A DNA stretch of 64,000 bases from Fibrobacterales bacterium (lineage in GTDB: Bacteria; Fibrobacterota; Fibrobacteria; Fibrobacterales; JAOPTW01), in NCBI GenBank assembly GCA_051532055.1, contig JAOPTX010000023.1, positions 1-64,000 on the forward strand, given 5' to 3'. Positions 41,443-51,900 of this stretch are shown piece by piece; the stretch's first letter is position 1; every line of letters starts with the position of its first letter. The position numbers and the translations under genes are program-made. The notes beneath the pieces were generated by a model. That model was not told where the DNA came from. It searched no databases and saw only the letters and a list, made by a program, of their open reading frames with translations.

Positions 41443-41461
41443 TGTTCACGTTTTGTGAACA
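41443..41461. promoter_or_regulatory. Palindrome TGTTCAC-N5-GTGAACA
   Basis: Perfect 7-bp arms in an intergenic region. Confidence 0.45.
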
Positions 41462-41597
41462 AATAATTACTCAGCGAAACATCTCAAGACTATAAAGGAG
41501 CAATCAAATATTGAATTAAACTATCAAGCTGTAAAGCTCACATGCATTGGCGCATTATAAATACGTCAATGCAGTTCAAGGCAATAGAACTAAATTC

Positions 41598-41705
41598 AAT
41601 TTTTGGATGAGAATTATCGAGATGTGAGGAGAAGCAATCAAGAGCGTATTACGATACGCCGAAGGAGCTACAACGAAGCAGATTGATGATTATAATCCAA
41701 AATTT
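41598..41705. repeat. RPE/MITE-like palindromic element
   Basis: Terminal arms AATTTTTGGAT..AATTATCGA and TTGATGATT..ATCCAAAATT, with a central GCGTAT-TACG-ATACGC hairpin. Confidence 0.55.
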
Positions 41706-42021
41706 AGCAGGGCTCTACTTCGGAATTCATGCTCCCCACTGAGCGAAGCATGCGATGGTCCGCGCCATAGCCATTGACTTTATTACGGACTTTTTGACAC
41801 TCATCCTTTGACCCATAATTAACAATAGAGCGTCCCGTCAAATCAACTTCGACGGTACACTTAAATGCCTGACTCTTTGAAAGATTACAGCACTTTGTGA
41901 GCATTTCAACGACATACTCATAGGTATGGTCTTCATCATTATAGAGGACGACCTTAAAATTACGCTGACTTTTAGTTTGATCTTCTACAAGTATATCGCT
42001 ATCGTTATGTAACTGTTCCAT
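41704..42021 (-). CDS. clpS: ATP-dependent Clp protease adaptor ClpS
   Basis: FKVVLYNDEDHTYEYVVEML...EVD..G. Confidence 0.88.
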   Translation of the reverse strand: MEQLHNDSDILVEDQTKSQRNFKVVLYNDEDHTYEYVVEMLTKCCNLSKSQAFKCTVEVDLTGRSIVNYGSKDECQKVRNKVNGYGADHRMLRSVGSMNSEVEPC

Positions 42022-42029
42022 AGTTGTGT

Positions 42030-42470
42030 CTAAAAAAAGTATCGTATTCCGATACCCCCCATAAGATCAAATCCTACATCAGGTATCAATGAAAGTGCAG
42101 GTACCACTTCGGCAAAAAGATCAACAGGATGTTGAGGGAACTGATAGGCCACTCCACACTTTACTCGTGCAGCCAGCCAAGGATTTTTCTGAAACGCCAC
42201 CGCAATCCCGGGCCCAACGAAAACAGGGAGATTAAAAGTAGGGAGTTGTAATTCAGTCATTTTGATTGCATAATCAACTTGGGTCATAAATACATTCTGT
42301 GAAAACGACCAACTTACAGCCCCATCAAATGCATGACTGTCTGACCCCCAATACCGAATAGAAATCCCCGTTGGCTCACCAAAAACAACTCCTACTCCTA
42401 ATTTTTTTGAGGGAGCGCTTTCAGCTGATAGTGTCGCAACCATAAGAAGCAATAATACTATGTTCTTCAT
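42030..42470 (-). CDS. Small outer-membrane protein (DUF3996/BAPKO_0422-like)
   Basis: GVGVVFGEPTGIS, DLFAEVVP, GGIGIRYFF. Confidence 0.75.
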   Translation of the reverse strand: MKNIVLLLLMVATLSAESAPSKKLGVGVVFGEPTGISIRYWGSDSHAFDGAVSWSFSQNVFMTQVDYAIKMTELQLPTFNLPVFVGPGIAVAFQKNPWLAARVKCGVAYQFPQHPVDLFAEVVPALSLIPDVGFDLMGGIGIRYFF

Positions 42471-42497
42471 TCATCAATCCTAATTAAAATTTTTAAT

Positions 42498-43004
42498 CTA
42501 GCCTTTAAGGAGTTGACTCCAAAAGTAATCCCAGGCACGATCTTCTTCACCAATCTCAAAAAGTTCATCCAGATTAAAGTGAGCTGTTAAGAATTCATTT
42601 ATATCATCAATAGTTTGATGCATAAAAAAAGTGTGCCTCGACTGTATAAAGGCTAAATCACCAAAAGTTTCTTCAGGAAGATAATAAATTAATGCGTTAA
42701 AGTCAGTTAATGCTGACTCATCCTGCATAACCATACCCATATACCGTTTAAAAAACGCCTCACTGAAAGCTGCATTATCTTCTTGATGCTCACCCATAAG
42801 TTTTTGAAAAAGCGCACCCTTTGAGTCCGCCTCTTTTATCAGGTTCACAAAAAAAGGAAGGGCGTCATCATTTACTTCGTTGAGTATACGTAACAGATCA
42901 GCAGCAGATAATTTATTTATATCTTCAGCTGTTTTAAACTCATACTCACTTCTCATCATCGAGAGGTAGTTGAGAAGAAGGTCTTTAGACTCTTGATCGA
43001 GCAT
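42498..43004 (-). CDS. Hypothetical protein
   Basis: 168-aa acidic helical ORF overlapping the murD end. Confidence 0.7.
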   Translation of the reverse strand: MLDQESKDLLLNYLSMMRSEYEFKTAEDINKLSAADLLRILNEVNDDALPFFVNLIKEADSKGALFQKLMGEHQEDNAAFSEAFFKRYMGMVMQDESALTDFNALIYYLPEETFGDLAFIQSRHTFFMHQTIDDINEFLTAHFNLDELFEIGEEDRAWDYFWSQLLKG

Positions 43005-44364
43005 AGGTATTTACAATCTCATTAAACGTATCGCCACGCTGAACATAGTTTTTGAACATTCCAAAACTTGCACATGCCGGTGACAGAAGAACTACGGGAG
43101 CACCTCTTTCACCTTCTATGTTGCGCTGTTTATAAATGTTACAATTTTCAATGCAATATTCTACAGCCTGCTCCAGAGATTCCAGTTTACTAATCTTTTT
43201 GTCAATATTGTAATCAAGAAAGCCCGATTCAATGCGGTCCGCTGCCTGCCCTATCAAGGCTATAGCGAATACAGATTTGGATTCCCTTACAACTTTAAAG
43301 AGTTCCGAAAAGTCAGCATTTTTCTCAGACCCCCCTAAAATAAGGGCCACAGGCTGCTTAAAATTAGATAGCGCACCTATTGTTGCATCAGGTCTTGTTG
43401 CATAGGAGTCATTATAGAAGCTTATATCACCTTCAATTGTCAATACTTTTTGTAGACGATACTTGAGTCCCTGAAACTTCACCAATGCCTGAGATGCCAC
43501 TTCAAAAGAGACCCCTAATGCCTCAGTAGCAATAAGAGCTGCTGCCATATTTTGAAGATTATGAATGCCACTGAGGGCGCAATCATCAATAGAAATAGTA
43601 CCGTTATTCAAAGTTACAGAACGCCCATTTATTTGAGCATTACCACCGCTCCCAAAACTCTTTTTTTGTGCAATAGAGTGGCCAGCAATCGCTATAGAAC
43701 ATTCACTTTCTCCATAGAATATACACAGGTCATCTTTATCTTGATAAGAAACGAGATGTGTCTTTGCATCTATATACTCCTGTTGATCACTATGCCAATC
43801 CAAGTGCTCACTGGTTGTTTTTAACACAACAGCAATTCGAGGGGAGCGACGAAGTGTCATAAGCTGAAATGATGAAAGCTCTAATAGTGCTATGGTATCT
43901 GAAGTAAACTTCTTAAGGAGATCAAGGACAGGAATACCTATATTCCCCCCCAATAAGACCTGTAAGCGCGCTTCTTTGCAGATTGCATCAATCATACTCA
44001 CACAGGTCCCCTTACCTAACGTACCCGTAACACCAATAATATTACGCCCCCACAACTCAAAGAAAAGCTCGACCTGACTTGTGAGCTCCCCACCAGTCTG
44101 TACATACGTAATAAGTTCTGGCTGAGTGGGGCTTATACCTGCTGAACGGAAGAGAACATCACACTGTGATAATTGTTCTAAATACCCTTCCCCAGTCACA
44201 CAGGTCACTTGAAAGTTAACGAGATCAACGGGGTTCTTATCAAAGATGATACAGTCATCTATACCATTTTCAGTTAAAAATGAGAGCGTACTTTTACCCT
44301 CAACTCCAAAACCCAATATGCCAACACGGCCCGTACAGATTTCTCTTATTCTTTCTTTATACAC
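42985..44364 (-). CDS. murD: UDP-N-acetylmuramoyl-L-alanine--D-glutamate ligase
   Basis: GVTGTLGKGT, GGNIG, ELSSFQL, HLDWH, NDSYAT, LLSPACASF. Confidence 0.96.
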   Translation of the reverse strand: MYKERIREICTGRVGILGFGVEGKSTLSFLTENGIDDCIIFDKNPVDLVNFQVTCVTGEGYLEQLSQCDVLFRSAGISPTQPELITYVQTGGELTSQVELFFELWGRNIIGVTGTLGKGTCVSMIDAICKEARLQVLLGGNIGIPVLDLLKKFTSDTIALLELSSFQLMTLRRSPRIAVVLKTTSEHLDWHSDQQEYIDAKTHLVSYQDKDDLCIFYGESECSIAIAGHSIAQKKSFGSGGNAQINGRSVTLNNGTISIDDCALSGIHNLQNMAAALIATEALGVSFEVASQALVKFQGLKYRLQKVLTIEGDISFYNDSYATRPDATIGALSNFKQPVALILGGSEKNADFSELFKVVRESKSVFAIALIGQAADRIESGFLDYNIDKKISKLESLEQAVEYCIENCNIYKQRNIEGERGAPVVLLSPACASFGMFKNYVQRGDTFNEIVNTYARSRV

Positions 44365-44372
44365 ACAACATC

Positions 44373-45629
44373 CTAGAAGTGGAGATACTGTTTCACTTTT
44401 AAAGACACCCCTTTAGGTACCACGGCAGCACTTCCCCACCGCTGAGACTGAAAGAGTTTATTGATGACACGAGTTAGAGCGTCAGGCTTGACTGCTAACA
44501 CCTTCTCTACCGTTTCATCAAGAGACTCACGAGGAAGGTCTTTAATAACCTGCCTTGCAAGACGCGTCATACGTGAAGTGGTCGACTCAACTTTTAAGAG
44601 AAGCGCGCCAGTTATCGACCTCTTTGCAAAGTCCAGCTCAATTTCTGTCACCCCTTCTGCAACAATAAGTGCGATCTCTCGTTCAACAACTTCAAGTGTT
44701 TTATGGGCACCTTTTTCATCTGAACTAAAGGCCACACTAAAACCATAGGAGTTATCATAACTGTCTACAGAAGTATAAATTGAATAAACAAGACCAAGTT
44801 CTTCTCTCACTTTTTGAAAAAGACGTGAAGCCATTCCATCACCAAAAATCACATTAAAAAGATAAAGCGCGAGCTTCTCTTCATCGTCTTTTAATTGTAT
44901 TTGAGTACCAAGTACAACATGGCACTGCTGTATATCACGGCGCCGCACAATATGCTTTACAGCTGACTCTTTCCAACTCCGCTTGGGCTTTACTGCTTTT
45001 TTCTGTTTATAGAGTCGTTCTGTAACGATTGCGAGAAGCCTATCATGATCAACTGCTCCAGCCGCAGCAACAACAATTCTTGAATGAGTATTAACTCTTT
45101 TTTGATGCCGTAGGAGTTCACTGCGCCCAATACCACGAACGCTTTTAAGCGTGCCCGCTATTGGCATTGCCAAGGGTTGCCCCCCCCAAACCGCTTCTGA
45201 AAAGAATTCATGAACCATCTCATCAGGAGTATCTTCAGAACTCCGAATTTCTTCTATGATTACCTGACGCTCTTTTTTAATTTCTTTCTCATCCATCTCA
45301 GAGCTATTAATCATGTCACATACAATTTCAGTGGCTCGATCAATATCGTGTTTTACCACTTTTGCATAAACACAGGTGTTCTCTTTGGATGTGTAAGCAT
45401 TAATATAGCCCCCACGAGACTCAATTTCTTGTACTATTTCAAGTGCACTTCGATGCTCATTTCCTTTAAATACCATATGCTCATAAAAATGAGATATTCC
45501 ATTTACCTCGGGTTTTTCATCCCGAGACCCTACATCAATCCAAACTCCAACTGCTGCGGAGTGGTACCCGGGGACTTGCTCGGTAATAACCGTTACCCCG
45601 TTATCTAACTGTGTTTCTCGTATATTCAT
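44373..45629 (-). CDS. M16 family zinc peptidase
   Basis: HFYEHMVFKG inverted zincin motif, NAYTS, SRLFQKVREELGLVY. Confidence 0.95.
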   Translation of the reverse strand: MNIRETQLDNGVTVITEQVPGYHSAAVGVWIDVGSRDEKPEVNGISHFYEHMVFKGNEHRSALEIVQEIESRGGYINAYTSKENTCVYAKVVKHDIDRATEIVCDMINSSEMDEKEIKKERQVIIEEIRSSEDTPDEMVHEFFSEAVWGGQPLAMPIAGTLKSVRGIGRSELLRHQKRVNTHSRIVVAAAGAVDHDRLLAIVTERLYKQKKAVKPKRSWKESAVKHIVRRRDIQQCHVVLGTQIQLKDDEEKLALYLFNVIFGDGMASRLFQKVREELGLVYSIYTSVDSYDNSYGFSVAFSSDEKGAHKTLEVVEREIALIVAEGVTEIELDFAKRSITGALLLKVESTTSRMTRLARQVIKDLPRESLDETVEKVLAVKPDALTRVINKLFQSQRWGSAAVVPKGVSLKVKQYLHF

Positions 45630-45817
45630 CTTACAAAAATAGTTAATGCCAGGTTAATTGACACATTTAAACGGTAATGACTATATAGCCTTATCTTTTT
45701 CCCTCCTACAACTTTGTATTTGACTACTCTTTTCTATATTTTTTCGATCTGTTTCATCGGCACAACCCCTTGAATTGTCGCCACTTGAAGATACATTCAA
45801 TCCTATTGCGAGTGAGT

Positions 45818-47305
45818 ATGCCCCTATCTAAACAATCACTAAAAAGCCTATTTATTTTAGGCATAATAAGCCTCTACTATAACCCTGTTTTTAGCCAAGT
45901 TATAGAGTTTCACAATGATGCACCTGACATGCAACTTACTCAAAATGAGAAAGAGGTCCCTGCACCAACACCCTTTGAAGTAGAAGAAGAACTGCCTTCA
46001 AATCAAAAATCTGGCACTTATAAAATCAACTCAACTACACGCGCACAAGATGCTACTAAAGCTTATGAATCATTAAATAAGGAACTAGGCATAGTGAATG
46101 AAGAAGAGAATGACGCCCCTGTCCCCTTATCTCCAAATAATTCAAGACCTCCTTCTCACAGTAATCGTAAAATCATTAGGCGCTCTGACCCCGACAAAAA
46201 CTACACTTACCGTACCATAGCAGTAACTGATACGCTCCTTGTTAGAAAAATCGCAAGTAAAGCCCTCTCCCCAGAATATGCTCTCAATGGTTACCTTGAA
46301 CTTTCCCTTTCTTTTGAAACCCCAAAACGTATTATTATTTTACAGAATGGTACTGAAATATGCCGGGTCAACGCCCAAGCAACGCAGGTCTTTTTAGAAC
46401 AAAATCCAACATTTTTTAGACGATCACCAGTAGATGTGATTACTGATGACTCAGGAAAAGAGCACACCCCAATCACTGAAATGTTTACCCTCGATCGCAT
46501 TATAGAGTTTGGATATTGGAAATCAGGTGTGAAACTTGAACTGACTTATGAACTTGAAAGACTCAATCATGACTTCTATTGGTACAACTCGTCTCTTGAA
46601 CTCTCATTTTTACATCGAAAGAAAAACATCTATTTTGGGGGAAGCTTTAAACTCCATGACTATGAAGGAGAAATGTTTGGCCCGGAGTATAGCTTTGCTT
46701 TCATGGACACCCTCAGAACACTCTATGGAAATAATTACAAAAAATATGGGTACAGCCTCAAAGTAGGAACGCACTTTATTCAATATGAGATCAAATATGA
46801 GCCCTACCCCATACCTGCCTATTACTGGTTAGAGGCTGAGCAAAATTTCCGGCAAACAGAATATAATCTCCATAGAATTAAACGTGACACCACAATGGAT
46901 ACTACTAATGTTGCCCTTAATAGCTTTGCTGACATCCATTCAGAGGACCTTTCAAGCAACTATTCTCATAACTTTAAAATGAAATTTGGCATATTTAACT
47001 ACCTCTTGGTTGTCGATGGAGACCTCTACCAACGACCAATACACACCTTCTCAATTAGAGACCTACCTGCTATTTGGGGACAATGGGGCTTCGGCATTAC
47101 AAATAGTAAATACCAATGGGTTCCTCATATCTATGTCGCATCAAATCCTTCAATGCTCACCTCATTTAGCGTAGCCAACTATGCCATTGACCTCTATTCA
47201 CCTCAATTCCAGGGGGCCATCATGTACCACAATTATGAGTACTATGTTTTACAAGCAAAACTAACCTTCTTTTTTAACTATGATGCAATAAGTGAGGTAG
47301 ACTAA
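45818..47305 (+). CDS. Hypothetical exported/outer-membrane protein
   Basis: Signal peptide from ATG 45818; aromatic-rich beta-strand C-terminal half. Confidence 0.65.
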   Translation: MPLSKQSLKSLFILGIISLYYNPVFSQVIEFHNDAPDMQLTQNEKEVPAPTPFEVEEELPSNQKSGTYKINSTTRAQDATKAYESLNKELGIVNEEENDAPVPLSPNNSRPPSHSNRKIIRRSDPDKNYTYRTIAVTDTLLVRKIASKALSPEYALNGYLELSLSFETPKRIIILQNGTEICRVNAQATQVFLEQNPTFFRRSPVDVITDDSGKEHTPITEMFTLDRIIEFGYWKSGVKLELTYELERLNHDFYWYNSSLELSFLHRKKNIYFGGSFKLHDYEGEMFGPEYSFAFMDTLRTLYGNNYKKYGYSLKVGTHFIQYEIKYEPYPIPAYYWLEAEQNFRQTEYNLHRIKRDTTMDTTNVALNSFADIHSEDLSSNYSHNFKMKFGIFNYLLVVDGDLYQRPIHTFSIRDLPAIWGQWGFGITNSKYQWVPHIYVASNPSMLTSFSVANYAIDLYSPQFQGAIMYHNYEYYVLQAKLTFFFNYDAISEVD

Positions 47306-49836
47306 TGAAGATTATTATTTGTGTACTTCTCATACTTCAGTCATTTGTCTTTTCTCAAAACGGTTTTGATAAAAGTGATGTTCTCAGCCATTTTGGCATT
47401 CTCCGTCTTAAAAGCAAAAAGACTGCTCAAGTCTTTGCAAGTAGATTGCGTGCAACAGGCGAACCGCTCTTTTTAATTCGAGACTTTAGAAAGGGAGTTC
47501 AGCAAAAAGACATCATTCGCTTTAAAGACAAAGTTATTCTCATTGATGCTAAAATTTGGGAGACAATGAAGACCGATAAAATTCTTCAACAACTCGCCAA
47601 AATCCCAGTACTCCACCTCCAGGCGAAATCCGAGTCTGGCGTATGGAAATCGAGAGGGGGATCCGTCACAAGTAAACAAGAACAAAAGGGGTATCGACTT
47701 GGTGGTGAGCTACTCAACATTTTAGAATCGTACTTTACCTACACCCCCAATGCACTTGAGATGGTGCTTCGTTTCGAAAATGATCAAATGACTTTACTCG
47801 CCCCCAAAGAACTCATGAAAGCAATTGACTTCACTAAGGTAATTGCACGAAACCCTGATGGGAAACCACAAATAATTTCTCTCCCTCCGAGCAAACGAAT
47901 TTTTAAAGATCAAAAAATTAAATGGCAAGTATGGGCCATTAACCCAGGCAATCCTCAAAGCGAACTAACATACTCATTCAAAGGTCCCCTACCAAAAGGG
48001 CTCACATGGAACAAGAAAAGTCATACACTCTCTGGCACTCCAACAGTGAGTGGAAAATACTCTGGTAAAGTTACCGTAAAAAACAGTGCAAAAAAGTCAG
48101 ACGTCCTTTCATTCACTCTCATCGTGCGGAAAAACCTCCCTCCTATTATCGCCAACACTCCAGCAGGAGAAGTTGCCAATAACCAACCATGGAGCTTCAC
48201 TCCCGTTCTTGCCGACCCTGACCACCCCGCTGAAGAGCTTTCTGTAGCAGTGCGCAATCTCCCTCAGGGAATGGTATTTAACAAAAAAAGTCGTACCTTT
48301 AGCTGGAGTAAAAAAAGTATTGATTCAATCCCCCATGAACGTGTTGAATTTGAGATGAAAGTGACCGACCCTTTGGGAGAAAAAGATATTCGACAATTTA
48401 AACTGAAAATCTTATCACCGAAAAGAGCCCTCGAAGCAAAAGGCGTAAGCCTAAACCTCCCATTAGACACACTGATGCAAGGGAGAAAATACTCATGGCC
48501 CGACTCTCTCTGGCTCGGTCAACGAATCACGATGCAATCGATTTCTGGATCTGACACCACTCATTACTCTATTGACAACAGTTCTGGAGAAGGCAAGCTC
48601 TATATTGAACCTCGCAACCCCGGACTGTGTACCCTCAAAACAAAATTCACTATCGATGGCTCTTCATTTGAAACAACAAAATTATTAGTGGTCCTTAAAA
48701 ATAATCCTCCTCAATTCTTAAGCTCCCTTTCTGCCCGCGTGTTTACCCAAGACCAAGTAGTCTCGTATCAACCCGCTGTGACCGACCAAGAAAACGACCC
48801 CATAGTAAGAATGGAAGCACTAGATGGGACTGGTACTCCACTCCTATGGAACGGCACCTATATCCCCCTCAACACAGAAAAGATAGGGCGCCATGTCTAT
48901 GAATTTTCAGCAGAGGATGCAGGCGGCCAAACGGGGAGGCAACGAATTTCATATGAAGTTATTCCAAAAGACCGCAAGTGGGATGGCGTTGATGTTAGCT
49001 CAAAATATCTTGCTAATAGAATACCACTCCATGTAGCCTATCGCAATGGGTCGAGTCGTTTTGGCCTCTACGTTCCAGACATTGCCGCACTCGATGTTAA
49101 AAAGCTCTATAATAAATCCGCCCCCTTTGTTACTGCAGAAGCAAACCTGCTCGGAGAACAAAACGCTGCTCAAGGGACTTTTCTAAATATTGGTGCCGGC
49201 ATTACTTTTCGATACCTAAAACCGGGCCTCATTACTGGAGGCCTCATGATTCATACATCGGGTAAGTACACCAATAGAGATGGTGCCCCATGGGTTTTTG
49301 AATACAACCTTCAATTTTTCGCGAAACATGCCTATGTCTTAACTGATACTGCTGGCTTCGGCGAAGTAGATTCTGTCCAAACAATAATTGCACAATATGC
49401 TCAATGTAATGAGAGCTACAAGGAAGACCTCGATGAGCTCGACAATGACAATGCCGCAAGAGGTCGAGTGCTGGAGTGTATTGATTCCGTAAACACACTG
49501 ACTGATGAAATTAACACTACAAATATTATCCCTGAAAATCTTGATATGTCAATCAATGAATTTAAAGATGAAACCAATATGAATCTCCTACTACAAATAG
49601 AGACGTGGTTCCCTATAAAATATGGGTTCTGGTTTGGTCCAACATTTTGGAAAGATGCTATAATTTTTAATGGCGCACTTTCTGAAACACGATACGGGCT
49701 TGGAGTGAGACACTCCAAGACATTTGATTTAGGTCCTTTTGATTTAGAGTATATCGCATCTGTGAGAGCCGGCTGGTCGGGTGATGGAGAGCCCGTTATC
49801 ATCTTTGGTGATATTCAACTGCATTTCGGCCGCTAG
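47305..49836 (+). CDS. Exported protein with putative Ig/cadherin-like repeats and probable C-terminal beta-barrel
   Basis: LPKGLTW....TLSGTP, LPQGM.F and N.PP repeats; terminal strand DIQLHFGR. Confidence 0.75.
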   Translation: MKIIICVLLILQSFVFSQNGFDKSDVLSHFGILRLKSKKTAQVFASRLRATGEPLFLIRDFRKGVQQKDIIRFKDKVILIDAKIWETMKTDKILQQLAKIPVLHLQAKSESGVWKSRGGSVTSKQEQKGYRLGGELLNILESYFTYTPNALEMVLRFENDQMTLLAPKELMKAIDFTKVIARNPDGKPQIISLPPSKRIFKDQKIKWQVWAINPGNPQSELTYSFKGPLPKGLTWNKKSHTLSGTPTVSGKYSGKVTVKNSAKKSDVLSFTLIVRKNLPPIIANTPAGEVANNQPWSFTPVLADPDHPAEELSVAVRNLPQGMVFNKKSRTFSWSKKSIDSIPHERVEFEMKVTDPLGEKDIRQFKLKILSPKRALEAKGVSLNLPLDTLMQGRKYSWPDSLWLGQRITMQSISGSDTTHYSIDNSSGEGKLYIEPRNPGLCTLKTKFTIDGSSFETTKLLVVLKNNPPQFLSSLSARVFTQDQVVSYQPAVTDQENDPIVRMEALDGTGTPLLWNGTYIPLNTEKIGRHVYEFSAEDAGGQTGRQRISYEVIPKDRKWDGVDVSSKYLANRIPLHVAYRNGSSRFGLYVPDIAALDVKKLYNKSAPFVTAEANLLGEQNAAQGTFLNIGAGITFRYLKPGLITGGLMIHTSGKYTNRDGAPWVFEYNLQFFAKHAYVLTDTAGFGEVDSVQTIIAQYAQCNESYKEDLDELDNDNAARGRVLECIDSVNTLTDEINTTNIIPENLDMSINEFKDETNMNLLLQIETWFPIKYGFWFGPTFWKDAIIFNGALSETRYGLGVRHSKTFDLGPFDLEYIASVRAGWSGDGEPVIIFGDIQLHFGR

Positions 49837-49843
49837 AATAGTA

Positions 49844-50047
49844 TTAGCAACAGGTCCCTTTTTGCCCAATAGCACAAGGGACCGTCCCATAAGAGCAATA
49901 GATACAGCAACAGTTTTTAGGAGTATGAACCCACTTATTACAAGTGTCACAAATAAACTCCAAAAGCTCAGCTTTATCATTAAAGCTAAATTCCCTTTGG
50001 GCCCCACAATGAGGGCAACTTACTAAAGAGTGGGATTTCATATACAC
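49844..50047 (-). CDS. GDCCVxC-family Cys-rich small protein
   Basis: CPHCG...C..C...KNCCCIYCSYGTVPC...CC. Confidence 0.8.
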   Translation of the reverse strand: MYMKSHSLVSCPHCGAQREFSFNDKAELLEFICDTCNKWVHTPKNCCCIYCSYGTVPCAIGQKGTCC

Positions 50048-50175
50048 ACCAATACTTATTCATATATATCATTTCATTTTTATTGAAGAAATACAAGCTA
50101 AAAAGCTGAGAAACAATGGTAGAACCCATAATACATGAGCATCATGCTAAGAAAGTTATTCAAAATATCTACCGG

Positions 50176-51798
50176 CTATTTTTGAATAATATCACTTATC
50201 GTAATACCAAATCCTGCATCAGCAATCATCGGACTCATTGAACGATTAATGTGTGTTGGAAAAGGAAATTCACTGTCATAGGTCACTGAAAAACCATAAG
50301 GCTTATCCTTAATTCCACTATCAACCTCTGAAAACAATTCCATTATACTAAAGTCTGAGTAGCGTTCTTTACCTATTGTTATTGCTATTTTTTGTACGCC
50401 ACTATACTCAACACTCGTTACCTCATTAGACTCGAGGGTCACAATAAATGGCCCAGTATCTTCAACTAAGCAATAACATGAGCGGTAAAATGTATATGTT
50501 GCACTTCCGCCAGTATCATAAACCCACTCTTTGTAAGCCATTTCAACAGAATCCAATATGGGCCTCGGGTCATCACCAATGTCCATGCTATCTATAGAAA
50601 AATTAAGGCCCCCATCTACTTCCGTAGGCCCGATATTGACTTTCATAGGGTATCCATACTCTGTATGATACTCTATCCCTTTATATTCACTATTCTCTTC
50701 TATATATCCATCAGATTCGAATCGTTCAAGCTCATTTTCAACTTCTTGAAACAGGTCATTTACACTGAGCTGAAGATAATCAACATCTGCTAACCCGTCA
50801 AAAGACATAAAAGCTCCACCATCTGAAAAATACTCACCCTCATTCACTGTATTAAATATTCTATGGACAGTATTACCCGCTGCACTTACATCAAAAGGCC
50901 CCGTTGACTCCGGCATACAATTACACCCTTTAAAAACAGAATAAGTAATCCTACTCGCAGTTTCTCCTACAAATCTATTCCACAATTCACGATTCTGTTC
51001 TAACTCTAATAGAGCGGATGACCGTTTTTCTACACACGACCCAATACCCCCACAATCACCATCACATTCCCAGGTATTTGACTCAATTGAATAAGAGCAA
51101 CCAGAAGAAGTGCAGTGCTCTTCACATGATTCTGGGCATGAACCGTAATTAAACGATCGACACTGGTCATCGCGACTACTCAACCGAAAATCCTCTTCAA
51201 TAGGAAATGTAATGGGTTCTTCTAGCAGGAGGCACCAATTTGCACAGGGGTCATCAGTCGAAATATCTACTGGAATTACATAGCTTCGACGCCCATTGTC
51301 ATCCCAAAAGGCAATCTCGACTCCCTTAATTTGGCCTTCATTTTTTTCAGGAATTATCAGTTCATGACTCTTATCCTCCGTTTCTGTCAAATCAAATTCT
51401 TGTCCAGCAAGTTCATCGTTCGATTCATCAGTCATATACCTGATATCAACGTTACCGGTAAAATCGTATTGAGTAATAGAATTACCCTTAATGAGGAGCG
51501 CGGTATCACCACTTTCATACTCAAAAACTACCGTGCCAATTGTTAGAATACACCCAATAATTTCATCACACTGTTCATTTGAGGAATCATCAAGCTCTTC
51601 TGATGATTCTACTGTAATAATACTGCTTGAACTCTCGACTAACACATCTGTAGTAGTACTACTACTGTTACTACTCGCAACCGTCACTGAACTACTGGAA
51701 GATTGTTCATCAATATCTTCGCTATCTACAGAAAAACAACCAGCACAAACCACAATACTATAGACCAACAACAAACATAAAAAAGGTACTTTCTTCAT
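50176..51798 (-). CDS. Acidic lipoprotein with Ser-rich linker, Cys-rich region and two DUF6174-like repeats
   Basis: Lipobox CAGC, poly-Ser, and two copies of C.C...TGPF.V...S..LF.EV...Y...P. Confidence 0.75.
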   Translation of the reverse strand: MKKVPFLCLLLVYSIVVCAGCFSVDSEDIDEQSSSSSVTVASSNSSSTTTDVLVESSSSIITVESSEELDDSSNEQCDEIIGCILTIGTVVFEYESGDTALLIKGNSITQYDFTGNVDIRYMTDESNDELAGQEFDLTETEDKSHELIIPEKNEGQIKGVEIAFWDDNGRRSYVIPVDISTDDPCANWCLLLEEPITFPIEEDFRLSSRDDQCRSFNYGSCPESCEEHCTSSGCSYSIESNTWECDGDCGGIGSCVEKRSSALLELEQNRELWNRFVGETASRITYSVFKGCNCMPESTGPFDVSAAGNTVHRIFNTVNEGEYFSDGGAFMSFDGLADVDYLQLSVNDLFQEVENELERFESDGYIEENSEYKGIEYHTEYGYPMKVNIGPTEVDGGLNFSIDSMDIGDDPRPILDSVEMAYKEWVYDTGGSATYTFYRSCYCLVEDTGPFIVTLESNEVTSVEYSGVQKIAITIGKERYSDFSIMELFSEVDSGIKDKPYGFSVTYDSEFPFPTHINRSMSPMIADAGFGITISDIIQK

Positions 51799-51900
51799 CT
51801 CTATCTCCTCATACCCTTAAAAACTACCTTCTTAGAAGGAGGTAGTTATGATAATTTTATCTATCTGTCGGATAAGTGCTCACATTCAGTGAGCACTTAC

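Noticed and set aside
49844..50047. Selenocysteine recoding in the GDCCVxC protein
   Set aside because: No in-frame TGA; the gene ends CC-TAA
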